64,000 nucleotides of DNA from Thermodesulfobacteriota bacterium (lineage in GTDB: Bacteria > Desulfobacterota_D > UBA1144 > Nemesobacterales > UBA2774), in NCBI GenBank assembly GCA_965216785.1, contig OZ244197.1:1696001-1760000 (forward strand), written 5' to 3'. The translations under genes were made by a program, and so were the position numbers. The notes under the pieces are model-generated. The model did no database searches. It was not told where the DNA came from and saw only the letters and a program-made list of their open reading frames with translations. This document shows, in pieces, positions 19,949-30,082 of this stretch. How positions within the stretch are numbered: the first letter of the stretch is position 1; each line of letters starts with the position of its first letter.

Positions 19949-20350
19949 TTGAACCATGACGAATTGATGGAGCTGATACTTGAGCACTACGAGCACCCGA
20001 GGAATTTCGGGGTGATGGAGGGGTCTTCTCTTACTCAGGAGGGTGGAAACCCCGGCTGCGGTGATCTTATAAAGGTTTATCTAGATATCGGGGATGACGG
20101 AGTAATAAAAAACGTAAGTTTTGACGGTGAGGGTTGTATGGTAAGCATGGCGGGGACTTCGATAATATTAGAAAAACTCAAGGGTAAAACCGTTTCCGAT
20201 GTGGAAGAAACACCCCCAGAGGTGGTTTCTTCGATTCTAGGAAAGAGGCTCGTAACCACAAGGCATAATTGTGCTTTCCTGGGTTTTAATACCTTAAAGA
20301 AAGCGGCCATGAAATGGCGCCAGAAAAATATGCTTGAGTCGGCTAAATAG
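19949..20350 (+). CDS. Fe-S cluster scaffold / sulfur-transfer protein (IscU/SufU family)
   Basis: EHYEHPRNFG, NPGCGD, GEGCMVS, RHNCA; TTG start. Confidence 0.88.
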   Translation: MNHDELMELILEHYEHPRNFGVMEGSSLTQEGGNPGCGDLIKVYLDIGDDGVIKNVSFDGEGCMVSMAGTSIILEKLKGKTVSDVEETPPEVVSSILGKRLVTTRHNCAFLGFNTLKKAAMKWRQKNMLESAK

Positions 20351-20401
20351 AAAAACCGGGCGGTATTTAATTCTACAAATTAAGAAACTACTCTCGGCTT
20401 C

Positions 20402-20908
20402 TTAAGACTTTGATTTTACAACATACATATTGGGGTTCTGGAGCCTTACGGCTTGAAGCCTTTGCTGGATGATATGGGCGAAACGTTTTAAAAGCTCATA
20501 GCCGAGATCATGGTCTTCCTCGCATTTGTCTCGCATGAACTGTCCGTCAAGCGCGATTGCTTTTGTGCGCGCAACCACCTTTGCGTCAAAGTGCCACATG
20601 TAGGGAGGAAAGAGCCATGCCCATCCAAGGACGTCGCCTTCACCGATCATTTGAATAGTGATTGGGTCTCTGTCGGCCGCAAGCTTTGCCTCAAGGCCCA
20701 CAATGCCTTCTTCGATTATATAGAACTTGTCCGCCATCTCGTTTTCCCTGAAAATAAAATCTCCCTCTTCAAAGGTCACTTCCTCGGCCTTCTGAACAAT
20801 CATATCCAGGTACCCCTTATCGAGTCCTTTAAAGCAGTAATGTTCTCCGAGTATCGATTCGAGTTTTTGCATGACAGACATCTCCCGCGAGTAATTGTTA
20901 TATGACAA
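20402..20908 (-). CDS. Stand-alone cyclic-nucleotide-binding domain protein
   Basis: GDFIFRENEMADKFYIIEEG, GDVLGWAWLFPPY; no HTH. Start may be a few codons downstream. Confidence 0.85.
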   Translation of the reverse strand: MSYNNYSREMSVMQKLESILGEHYCFKGLDKGYLDMIVQKAEEVTFEEGDFIFRENEMADKFYIIEEGIVGLEAKLAADRDPITIQMIGEGDVLGWAWLFPPYMWHFDAKVVARTKAIALDGQFMRDKCEEDHDLGYELLKRFAHIIQQRLQAVRLQNPNMYVVKSKS

Positions 20909-20985
20909 TTATTATATCATGATTCCCGATGCGGTATATAAGTTAAATTAGATTACTTCTCTTATCGTGTATTCTTAATTGCAGT

Positions 20986-21309
20986 ATGAAGAGGTTATAT
21001 ATACCGACTGATGAATCGGAACTTGTTTTTTTAAAGAGTTTCCTGGATGCCGAAGGTCTGCCGTATTTTGTGCTAAATGATAATTTCGGCTCTATGTACT
21101 CAGGGGTATATATGAATAACTTTAACGCCAAGACCATAATGGTTCCCGAAGAGCTTTATGAGGATGCCAAGGAGCTGATCCGCAGCGTGATAGAAGACGC
21201 GAAGTTTGAAGACGAGCGCGGCGCGGATGAGGGGGGAGGCGGCGGCGGAGTAATGGATTTTCTTTCTTTTAAGTGGTTATTTCCAAAAAGCGGCAAGGAC
21301 GAAAAATAG
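20986..21309 (+). CDS. DUF2007-like putative signal-transducing protein
   Basis: E.E..FLKSFLDAEGLPYFV...IMVPEELYEDAKELI pattern. Confidence 0.75.
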   Translation: MKRLYIPTDESELVFLKSFLDAEGLPYFVLNDNFGSMYSGVYMNNFNAKTIMVPEELYEDAKELIRSVIEDAKFEDERGADEGGGGGGVMDFLSFKWLFPKSGKDEK

Positions 21310-21352
21310 GGTTCGCAAAGACTAAAAATGGATTGGGGAGGGGAGGTCTGAG

Positions 21353-21487
21353 ATGAGCTTTTCTGATACTTTAGCGGAATTGTTCGGCTGGCGCTCCGCC
21401 GTCAACATAGGATTGCTGATATTGGAGTCTATTGCGGTGGTATTGGTTTGCGGGCCGATTTCAAAAATCCATGCAAAACTGCCGTGA
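21353..21487 (+). CDS. Small hydrophobic ORF (44 aa), possibly an MFS-like fragment
   Basis: RBS GGAGG; MSFSDTLAELFGWRSAVNIGLLILESIAVVLVCGPISKIHAKLP; below the ORF-track size cut-off. Confidence 0.4.
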   Translation: MSFSDTLAELFGWRSAVNIGLLILESIAVVLVCGPISKIHAKLP

Positions 21488-21570
21488 TCGTTCGTTTTTG
21501 TATACATACAATTAACCACTTATCACCCTATTACACTTCTATTAATTACTATCTCCATTTTACAACCGAC

Positions 21571-21599
21571 TTGACTAAGTTTTAATTCTTTACTAATAT
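21571..21599 (+). promoter_or_regulatory. Putative sigma70 promoter of pnt operon
   Basis: TTGACT-N17-TAATAT. Confidence 0.45.
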
Positions 21600-21787
21600 C
21601 GTTTAGCCGGATGCGAGTGGTTCTTGGGTCTGGCCGGTTCCGGATCTCTTCGACTTAAACACTGTCGATGCAAAAACTTCCGGATTGAATATCATGGGTA
21701 TTGTGTTGTTTTAAAATTACAGGTATAACATTGCACTCAAATTTTTACCTGTATTGTCTAAATATTTAGTAGGTTGGAAAATAAAAG

Positions 21788-22936
21788 ATGATTATAGGCG
21801 TTCCAAAAGAAACATATACCGGCGAGAGAAGGGTAGCTATTGTACCCGCAACGGTACCTTCTTTACAGAAAGCGGGTTTCGTTATCCATCTGGAAAAAGG
21901 CGCGGGGCTTGAAGCCGGATTTACTGACAAGATGTATGAAGACCAGGGAGTAGTGATTTCAGACCGTGCTGAAGTACTCTCGAAGGCAGAGGTAATACTT
22001 CAGGTAAGGGCGATCGGCAGCGGCAATGAGTCGGACGCCGAGGACCTGAAAGCGCTCAAAAAAGGTCAAATCGTAATAGGGCTCATAGACGCTCTTACGA
22101 ACAAAGACGCTGTGCAGTCGCTTGGCGAGGCCGAAGTTAAATCGTTTGCGCTTGAGCTCGTCCCCAGAATAACAAGGGCACAGAGTATGGACGTTCTCTC
22201 CTCACAGGCAAACCTGGCAGGCTATAAAGCAGCGCTTATGGCTGCTGACTCGATGCCGAAAATATTCCCGATGATGATGACAGCCGCCGGCACTATCACA
22301 CCTGCGAGGGTGCTGGTGATAGGTGCGGGGGTGGCTGGGCTTCAGGCCATAGCCACATGCAACCGTCTAGGGGCCATCGTTTCAGCTTATGACATACGCC
22401 CTGCGGTAAAGGAGCAGGTGCAAAGCCTTGGCGCGAAGTTCGTTGAACTTGAGCTCGAGACCGGTGAAGCCGAGGACAAGGGCGGCTACGCCAAAGAGAT
22501 GGACGAGGATTTTTACAGAAAACAAAGGGAGCTAATGACCCGTGTTGTGGCAGAGAACGATGCTGTCATAACGACAGCTTCGATACCGGGTAAAAAAGCC
22601 CCTGTGCTCATAACTGAGGAAATGGTTTCCGGCATGAGCCCGGGCTCTGTGATCATTGACCTTGCCGCGGAGAGCGGAGGGAATTGTGAGCTTACAAAGG
22701 CGGGCGAAACAGTGGAGAAAGGCGGCGTGAGCGTAATCGGGCCGGTCAATGTGCCCTCCAGCATACCTTATCACGCAAGCCAGATGTACTCCAAGAACAT
22801 AGCCAACTTGGTACTCTTAATGGTAAAAGACGAAAAACTCGAGATCGACCTCGAGGATGAAATATTAAAAGACTCTCTCGTAACTGATGACGGAAATGTA
22901 GTAAACGAGCGAGTGAAAGAGAGTTTGGGACTTTAA
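21788..22936 (+). CDS. pntA: NAD(P) transhydrogenase subunit alpha, part 1
   Basis: GVPKET..GERRVA, PRITRAQSMDVLSS, GAGVAGLQAI, GGYAKE. Confidence 0.95.
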   Translation: MIIGVPKETYTGERRVAIVPATVPSLQKAGFVIHLEKGAGLEAGFTDKMYEDQGVVISDRAEVLSKAEVILQVRAIGSGNESDAEDLKALKKGQIVIGLIDALTNKDAVQSLGEAEVKSFALELVPRITRAQSMDVLSSQANLAGYKAALMAADSMPKIFPMMMTAAGTITPARVLVIGAGVAGLQAIATCNRLGAIVSAYDIRPAVKEQVQSLGAKFVELELETGEAEDKGGYAKEMDEDFYRKQRELMTRVVAENDAVITTASIPGKKAPVLITEEMVSGMSPGSVIIDLAAESGGNCELTKAGETVEKGGVSVIGPVNVPSSIPYHASQMYSKNIANLVLLMVKDEKLEIDLEDEILKDSLVTDDGNVVNERVKESLGL

Positions 22937-22958
22937 ATAAAACAGGAGGTGCCTCGGA

Positions 22959-23240
22959 ATGGACGGATTTACAATTGTTTTCACAATTTTTGTGCTGGCC
23001 GCTTTCATAGGCTTTGAAGTAATCTCAAAAGTGCCTCCTACACTTCATACACCACTGATGTCAGGGTCGAACGCGATATCGGGAATCATCCTTATTGGCG
23101 CAATACTATCTGCGGGCACACAGCACACGTGGCTCACCACGATGCTTGCCTTCGTTGCGGTAGTACTTGCGACAATTAACGTAGTAGGCGGGTTTATGGT
23201 AACAAACAGAATGCTCGAAATGTTCAAGAGGAAGGATTAA
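22959..23240 (+). CDS. pntA: NAD(P) transhydrogenase subunit alpha, part 2 (membrane)
   Basis: VPPTLHTPLMSGSNAISG, NVVGGFMVTNRMLEMF. Confidence 0.95.
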   Translation: MDGFTIVFTIFVLAAFIGFEVISKVPPTLHTPLMSGSNAISGIILIGAILSAGTQHTWLTTMLAFVAVVLATINVVGGFMVTNRMLEMFKRKD

Positions 23241-23243
23241 CTA

Positions 23244-24650
23244 ATGTCTTCTGCAATAGTAAACATAGCGTATTTAGTAGCGGCGTCACTGTTCATATTC
23301 GGACTCAAGGGACTGACGCATCCGAGAACCGCGGTCAGAGGCAACATGCTTGGCGCGCTCGGAATGCTCCTTGCAATAGTAGTAACTCTGCTCGATAAGA
23401 ACATCGTCAGTTACAGCGTGATTTTCGCAGGTATCATCATTGGCGGCGGTATTGGCGCAGTTTTGGCGGTGAGAATACAGATGACCGCTATGCCTCAGCT
23501 TGTGGCGCTCTATAACGGTTTCGGAGGCGCTGCTTCGGTTCTCGTGGCAGGAGCGGCACTGTTTGAAATAATGGTTGCTGGAGACTCAAGCCCGATACCC
23601 CTTGACGCTCAGTTCTCTATTGCCACTTTTGCCTCAGGTCTCATAGGAGCGGTTACGTTCTCCGGAAGCTTAGTGGCGTTCGGCAAGCTCCAGGGACTAA
23701 CGGATGAGGGATCGGTTCGTTATCCGGGTGATCAGATAGTTAAGATAGTTCTTGCAATAGTATTAATTATATTCGGTGTTTTAATGGTACAGTACGCAGG
23801 ATATTCTGTCCCTTACTGGCTTATGGTAGCAGTGGCGCTGGTAATAGGCGTTCTGGTAGTTATCCCGATTGGCGGAGCGGATATGCCGGTCGTAGTAGCG
23901 CTATTAAACTCGTTCTCCGGTCTTGCAGCCGCGGCTACGGGATTTGTTCTTTACAACACGGTTCTGATTGTTGCGGGAACACTGGTCGGCGCATCAGGTC
24001 TGATCCTGACGATGATTATGTGTAAGGCGATGAACCGCTCGCTCACAAACGTTTTATTTGGAACATTCACAGTGACTGACGACGGCCCTTCCGCAGACGA
24101 AGTTTATGCGGGCAAGGTAAAGTCCACCTCCCCTGAAGAGGTAGCGATGCTCCTGACCGGGGCAAAGAGAGTGGCTGTAGTTCCTGGGTACGGTATGGCG
24201 GTTGCGCAGGCGCAGCACGCGGTGAGAGAGCTTTTTGATATACTTGAAGAAAACGATATAACCATGGAATTTGGTGTGCATCCTGTTGCGGGACGTATGC
24301 CCGGACACATGAACGTACTGTTGGCAGAGGCCGACATCCCCTACGATAGGCTTAAAGACATGGACGAGATCAACCCCAGCTTTAAGCAGATCGACGTTAC
24401 GATTATCATCGGCGCAAACGACGTTGTTAACCCTGTAGCTAGGACGGATCCCGAAAGCCCGATAGCCGGTATGCCGATACTCGACGTCGATTACTCAAAG
24501 ACCGTTGTCGTGATAAAAAGGAGCTTGAGTCCGGGTTTTGCCGGAATACCAAATCCGCTCTTTGCGGCGGACAACACCCTTATGCTCTTTGGCGACGGTA
24601 AGAAGATGGTCGAGGAAATGGTAAAGAGCGTAAAAGAAGACCTTGGCTGA
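23244..24650 (+). CDS. pntB: NAD(P) transhydrogenase subunit beta
   Basis: MTAMPQLVA, IGGADMPVV, PGYGMAVAQAQH, HPVAGRMPGHMN. Confidence 0.96.
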   Translation: MSSAIVNIAYLVAASLFIFGLKGLTHPRTAVRGNMLGALGMLLAIVVTLLDKNIVSYSVIFAGIIIGGGIGAVLAVRIQMTAMPQLVALYNGFGGAASVLVAGAALFEIMVAGDSSPIPLDAQFSIATFASGLIGAVTFSGSLVAFGKLQGLTDEGSVRYPGDQIVKIVLAIVLIIFGVLMVQYAGYSVPYWLMVAVALVIGVLVVIPIGGADMPVVVALLNSFSGLAAAATGFVLYNTVLIVAGTLVGASGLILTMIMCKAMNRSLTNVLFGTFTVTDDGPSADEVYAGKVKSTSPEEVAMLLTGAKRVAVVPGYGMAVAQAQHAVRELFDILEENDITMEFGVHPVAGRMPGHMNVLLAEADIPYDRLKDMDEINPSFKQIDVTIIIGANDVVNPVARTDPESPIAGMPILDVDYSKTVVVIKRSLSPGFAGIPNPLFAADNTLMLFGDGKKMVEEMVKSVKEDLG

Positions 24651-24807
24651 GGGATTTAACCTCAAACTGACATCTTGAAATAATCCGCTCTCCTTAAGTT
24701 TTAATCCCAGATTGTAATATTCAATAGGTCTTAGCGTATAACTAGCTTGCTTTTGTATATGGAGCGATGTGAGTTTTCATGCATATCCGAGAGGGGTTTA
24801 TTCTATT

Positions 24808-27800
24808 CTAATTCTCTAACTTGCCGTCCCATTTAATAATCTTGAAGTCGATAACGAAAAACGCATAGAACACGGGTACGAGTATAAGCTCGATGATTGT
24901 GGCTAGCGCCAGGCCCCCGATCTGCGCGTAGCACAGCGGTTGCCACAGCGGTCCGCCGTCTATTGCGAGCGGGAAGAGCGCAAGGATAGTGGCGCCCACT
25001 GTTATTAGTATGGGTCTAAGACGCTCAATCCCCGCGTCCAGCAGAGAGTCTTTGAAAGGCTCTCCTTTGTTGTGCATTTCTTCTATGTAATCGAATAGCA
25101 CGATTACATGGCTCACAATTACTCCTATCAGCGCAATCATACCGAGAAATGCCATAAACCCGAACGGTTCGCCCATAATGGCGATGGCGATCAGTGAGCC
25201 TACGATCCCGTAAGGCACAGCAGCGAATACCAGTAGGGGCTTAACTGCGTTTCCGAACTGAAGCACCAGTGCCAGAAATATTCCAATCACGGAAATCATA
25301 AGCACCATGGTCAGGTTCCTGAAACCTTTTTGCTGTTTTGCCCTCTCTCCCGCCCAGATGAGCTCGTATCCAGGAGGTAGATCGTCGATGAATGCGTTAA
25401 TTTTCTTCTCCGCTTTCTTAAGCACTGTTGAAGGCAGCTCTCCCGCAGCCGGGAAGGCTATTACCGTTAGAGCGCGGAAGTGGTTTCGCCTTATGACTCT
25501 TGAGGTTTCCATTGAGTGCTCGATGTCGGCAACTTCGATTAGCGGAATCTTGGTATCGTTAGTAATTCCGTAGACGTACATGCTCTTTAGATCAGAGAGC
25601 TCGGAGCGCTCGTCCACGCGGAGCCTGGCCATAACGGGGATGTTCTTGTCTCCTTCTTTATAGGTTGTGAACTCGTAGCCGCTTAGCGCGGTGAGTGAAG
25701 AAATCGCAACGTCTCTGTTAGAGACTCCGGCAAGCTCGGCTCTGTCGGGGTCTACGGCGAGCTTCACAGTAAAACTGTCCTCAAACCAGTCGTCTCTTAC
25801 GGCCTGTGTTTCGGGAATCTCCCGAAGAATCGCCTGCAGCTCCTTAGACAGTGCTCTAAGTGTTGCTATGTCCTGAGCTTCGGTCTCAAGGTCCGAATTT
25901 ATGTCGCTTCTTCCCATAAGGTGTATTTCGATCGGGTAATCGACGGTGTTTAGCTGAATCTGCTGTACCTCAATGTGGGCTCCGGGGATATTTTTAGACA
26001 GCGCTTCCTGAAATAGCGGTATAAGCGGAGGTGTATCGTTCTTGTCTTTGAGTTTTATGATTAACTGGGCGTAATTTTTCTGCTGCTGCTGTGGTGTGAC
26101 GGTATTCCAGAACCTGGGTGAGCCCCCGCCTACGAAAGAAGCCAGGGAATCAAGCACCTGTTTATTCTTCTTTTTATCTTTTGAGTATTTTTGGGCTACG
26201 TCTTTAATTACCAGATCGGCTTTGATTACAGTTTCATTGGTTGAAGAAAGCGTCGCGTCGTTAGGCATCCAGATGTCCACGTAGGAAAGGTACTGGACGT
26301 CTGCCGGAAGAACGAGCTTTTTAAAGTGGATGCGACTATGGCCCCGACTATGAAAAAAATCATGGATATAGCAAACGCCGCTTTTCGGTGCTCGATTGCC
26401 TTTTTAGCTATACGGTAATAGAGGCCTGTAAGACCCCGCTTCCTCTTCTCTTCAATCGTAAGCTCCTTCTTCTTTGGTCTGAGAAGGTAATAACCAAGAA
26501 GCGGCACGAACGTCATAGACACTATTCGCGAGGATATTAGCGCGCACGCCATCACGACGGGGAGGCTGTAGATAAACTCCCCCGTAGTGCCCGAGATCAA
26601 TAGGAACGGAGTGTAGGCGACAACGTTTGTCGCTGTCGCAAAAAGTATAGCGCGGGCAAGCTTTGTGGGGCCGAGCCATGCTGAAATTATGGGCGGGTGA
26701 CCGATGGCGAGGTTGCTCTTAATCGCATCGTCCGCAACCACAGGGTCGTCCACCAGTAGTCCGAGCGCGATAATAAGCGCGGCAATCGAAACCTGTTGAA
26801 GGTCGATACCGAGTAAATAGGCAAAACCAAAGGTCATCGCCAATGTTAGAGGTATCGAAATCGACATAAGGAGCGCTGAGCGCCATTCCCGAAAACCGAT
26901 CCAGGCAACGATGATTACGAGTATTACGGCTTCTATGAGGGCTTTCATAAATAGAGCCAGGTTTTCCTTTACCTGAAGCGGCTGATCTGAAGTCTTTGAG
27001 ATAATAAGGTCGTGGGGTAAAAGTGGTTGTAGCTCTGCCAGAGCGCCGTCAAGAGCAGTGCCGAATTCCTGGATCTGTTGTTTTTCCCGCATCTGCACAG
27101 CTAGGGTGACAGCGCGGCTCCTGTGCCAATTGCCCGAGTCGTCCTGCCACATATAGTAATTGAGTAGCGTGGGCGGGCTCTGATACCCTCTGACTATCTC
27201 TCCCAGATCGCGCAGATACACGGGTACGCCAGAGGTCGTATCTGTTATAGCTACATTCCCTATTTCCTCAACAGAGCCGAAAGCGCCCGAGGGGTAAACG
27301 AGCACCTCTGTACCGCCGACTTCGACCTCGCCGCCGGGGATGATGACGTTACGGCTGTCCAGCGCATTTTTAATCTTGTAGGGTGTAATACCGTATGAAG
27401 CGAAAACGTCCTGTGAGTAATCCAGATAAATCCTCTGATCCAGCACCCCGGAGCGCTCTATTATCGAGACCTGGTCTATTGTCTGAAATGTCTCGGTCAT
27501 AAGCTCGGTAATGTTCTCAAGCTCTCTATAGCTGTATTTGTCACCATCGACTGATTTTAGCTTTTCCTCTGTTTCGCCCGGGTCGCCGATCAGCACCGGG
27601 TCCCATGCGTCTATATGGAAGCTAGAAAAACCGAGCATCTCACGTGAAAAATCGGCCGTGTAGGAGAGAAACTCTTCGTCATCCACAAAAGGGACCGCAT
27701 CGAGTCCTATGAAGCTTGGGCCTCTTAAAACAGTTATATCGCCCGCAATCTCGTTCTGGAGGAGAGAGTCCGAAAGGGTTCCGAATACGTTTGTGAGCGC

Positions 27801-28442
27801 CGCGGAATCCACTGAGCCCGGGAGCGCTATGATTAATGAACGGCGCTCGGCTCCCTCAAAAGACGGGTTAGCTGCACGGGCTTGTTCTATCGCCAGCCTG
27901 ATATTCTTTGCCCGTAGCTCGAGCTCGATCTCGCTCTCCTTGGGACTTGCAACGGTAAGCAGCATGGCGGCGGTATTACCAAAGCCGCTGTTAAATTTTA
28001 TCGGGCCCGCCCCTTCGGGGAGCTGGTTGTTCAGGTAATCGAGTCTGAGGTTTATATCGTTGAACTCTTTAGTCGTGTCTTTAAGCCCCTCTTGCAGCTG
28101 GATCTGTATGATGGCCACCCCTGGCAGCGTAGTGGACTTAATCGCAAACTCGTCTCCGGGGTCGGGTTCATGGAGCTTGGAGTTCTGCGCGATCGTCTCC
28201 TCCATGAGCTTTGTGACCTGCTCTTCGACCTGCTCTGCAGTGGCCCCGGGCCAGGGGCATACCGCCACAGCTACCAGCACTGGGATATAAGGGTCCTTAC
28301 TCTTAGGCATACTGATGAAGCTGTACGCTCCCCATATGAGTACGGCTACGAGAAAGACCCATGAAATATGACGGTTCTCGGTGAAAAACCGTGCGGTATT
28401 GTGCGTGTTGGCGATTATTTCGTTATCGTCTCGATGAGCCAT
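24808..28442 (-). pseudogene. AcrB/AcrD/AcrF family RND permease with a single frameshift near 26306 (pseudogene or sequencing error)
   Basis: ORFs 26226-28442 and 24808-26280 are the N- and C-terminal parts (GLLVDDPVV; RLRPILIT). Adding one C to TTCTTCCGGCAGAC restores ...SSFFPADVQYLSYVDIWMPND. Confidence 0.85.
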
Positions 28443-28466
28443 GCTGCTTCCGGGTTTTCAGAATTA

Positions 28467-28913
28467 CTATTTTAAAATTACGTACTTGAGTATTTCAACT
28501 ACCTGCTCGGGGGTTCTTGCAGTGGCGCGCGAGGCGGCGTCGACTTCTTTGAGAGCATGGTCGTGCTCTTCGTCGTGTAGCGTTATGTACGGTATGTCCA
28601 TAGCGCATGCGTAACCCGCGTCAAACGCGGCGTTCCACTGTTTATACTTTGGGCCGAACCTCACGACAACCAGGTCCGAATTCTTAATCAGCGTGCTGGT
28701 CCTGAGTGAATTAATACCAGCCCCTTTTCTGTCCCTCCAGAAGTTTGAATCCTCAGCTCCCAGTATCTGCTCGCCGCACAAATCGCTTGCCTCGTGGTCT
28801 GTTACAGGGGATGAAAACTCAACGGGTAACTCTCCGGAGCCTTCCATTATTTTCTCGCGCCAGTCCGTATGAATCTCACCCGAAAGGTATATCTGCCAAA
28901 TTCTATCTTCCAT
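28467..28913 (-). CDS. YtoQ family protein (nucleoside 2-deoxyribosyltransferase-like fold)
   Basis: IYLSGEIHTDWRE, PVTDHEASD, VRFGPKYKQWNAAFDAG, HALKEVD. Confidence 0.9.
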   Translation of the reverse strand: MEDRIWQIYLSGEIHTDWREKIMEGSGELPVEFSSPVTDHEASDLCGEQILGAEDSNFWRDRKGAGINSLRTSTLIKNSDLVVVRFGPKYKQWNAAFDAGYACAMDIPYITLHDEEHDHALKEVDAASRATARTPEQVVEILKYVILK

Positions 28914-28957
28914 GTGTGTCTCCTTCTACGATTTCCTCTACTGTGTTTTCGTAGTCG

Positions 28958-30082
28958 CTATTTAATGATGTTCACGACCTCTTTGTCGCGTATGATCTGA
29001 GCCCCTGTGGTAACTATACGCTCCCCTTCCTCTAGTCCCGAGGTTACGGCTATTCGGTTACCGAACACGCTCCCGAGCTCTACGTCTTTTCTCCGAGCCA
29101 CTGTCTTGCCGCCGCGCTCTTCAACACTGAATACAGCGTAGCCGTCCCTGCGGTTTACCGATCTTACTACCGCACCGAGGGGGATCAGTAGGGCGGCTTT
29201 TGAGGAATCTCCCTCGTATACGTTCAGCGATGCTATCATTCCGGGCTTTAGCAGATTCTCGGGGTTTTGTATGGTGATTCCAACGTTGAAAACGCGGGTC
29301 CTGGTGTTGGCCGCGGGCGCAATCTCTGTTATACGGCCCGTGAACACCGTATCCTGCAGCGACCTTGTGGTAACCTCCATTTCCTCCCCAAGGCTCACGT
29401 CCTCTAAAACAACATCGGGGACCGAAAAAAGTACCTTCACCGAGGTAACGTCAGCTAGTGTGAACCCCTTTGAGCCCGGGCGTACGAGCGCCCCCGTCTC
29501 TACGTATCGTTTTAGAAGCACCCCGTTTGAGGGGGCTCTGAGGGTGCAGTACGCGAGGTTCTGCTCGGCTTCAACGAGCTGGGCCCCGGCGCTTTCCACC
29601 TGTGCCGCAGAGACCTTAAAGTTCTTTACCGCCCGGTCATATTCAGGGGCGGTCATGCTTTGCTGGGAATAGAGTATTTCGGCTCTCTCGAAATCTTCCG
29701 CGTCGTTTAAGTGCGTTGCGCGCGCACCCTCTAGCTGCGCCTTGGCTTCCACTACCTTGGCAAGGTATTCAGTCTGATCAATCTGGGCCAGAGGCAGGTC
29801 TTTTATGACATTGTCACCTTCCTGAATGTCCCGGGGTCTTCCGTCCGCGCCCTCTACCTGAAGAATTTCTGTCACATACCCGTCCACCTTAAAATCCAGA
29901 TCAACCTGGCTGTAGGGCTGAACGCTTGCCGTGTAGCGAAGCGGAGCAGACTCGTCCTGGACGCTTACCTGCTCGACCCTTACGGGTGTTACGGTCTTGC
30001 TATGGTCCTCCCCGCCGCAAGCGCAGATACACACGGTGATAACGATAAATAGAGTTAATTGGGCGGTTATCTTTCTCATCAT
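28958..30082 (-). CDS. RND efflux periplasmic adaptor subunit
   Basis: Lipoprotein-like ICAC, FKVDGYV, LRAPSNG, TRVF, LKPGM, GLEEGERIVTTG. Confidence 0.9.
   Translation of the reverse strand: MMRKITAQLTLFIVITVCICACGGEDHSKTVTPVRVEQVSVQDESAPLRYTASVQPYSQVDLDFKVDGYVTEILQVEGADGRPRDIQEGDNVIKDLPLAQIDQTEYLAKVVEAKAQLEGARATHLNDAEDFERAEILYSQQSMTAPEYDRAVKNFKVSAAQVESAGAQLVEAEQNLAYCTLRAPSNGVLLKRYVETGALVRPGSKGFTLADVTSVKVLFSVPDVVLEDVSLGEEMEVTTRSLQDTVFTGRITEIAPAANTRTRVFNVGITIQNPENLLKPGMIASLNVYEGDSSKAALLIPLGAVVRSVNRRDGYAVFSVEERGGKTVARRKDVELGSVFGNRIAVTSGLEEGERIVTTGAQIIRDKEVVNIIK

Noticed and set aside
24808-26280. Independent 490-aa membrane protein
   Set aside because: It is the C-terminal part of the frameshifted RND gene.
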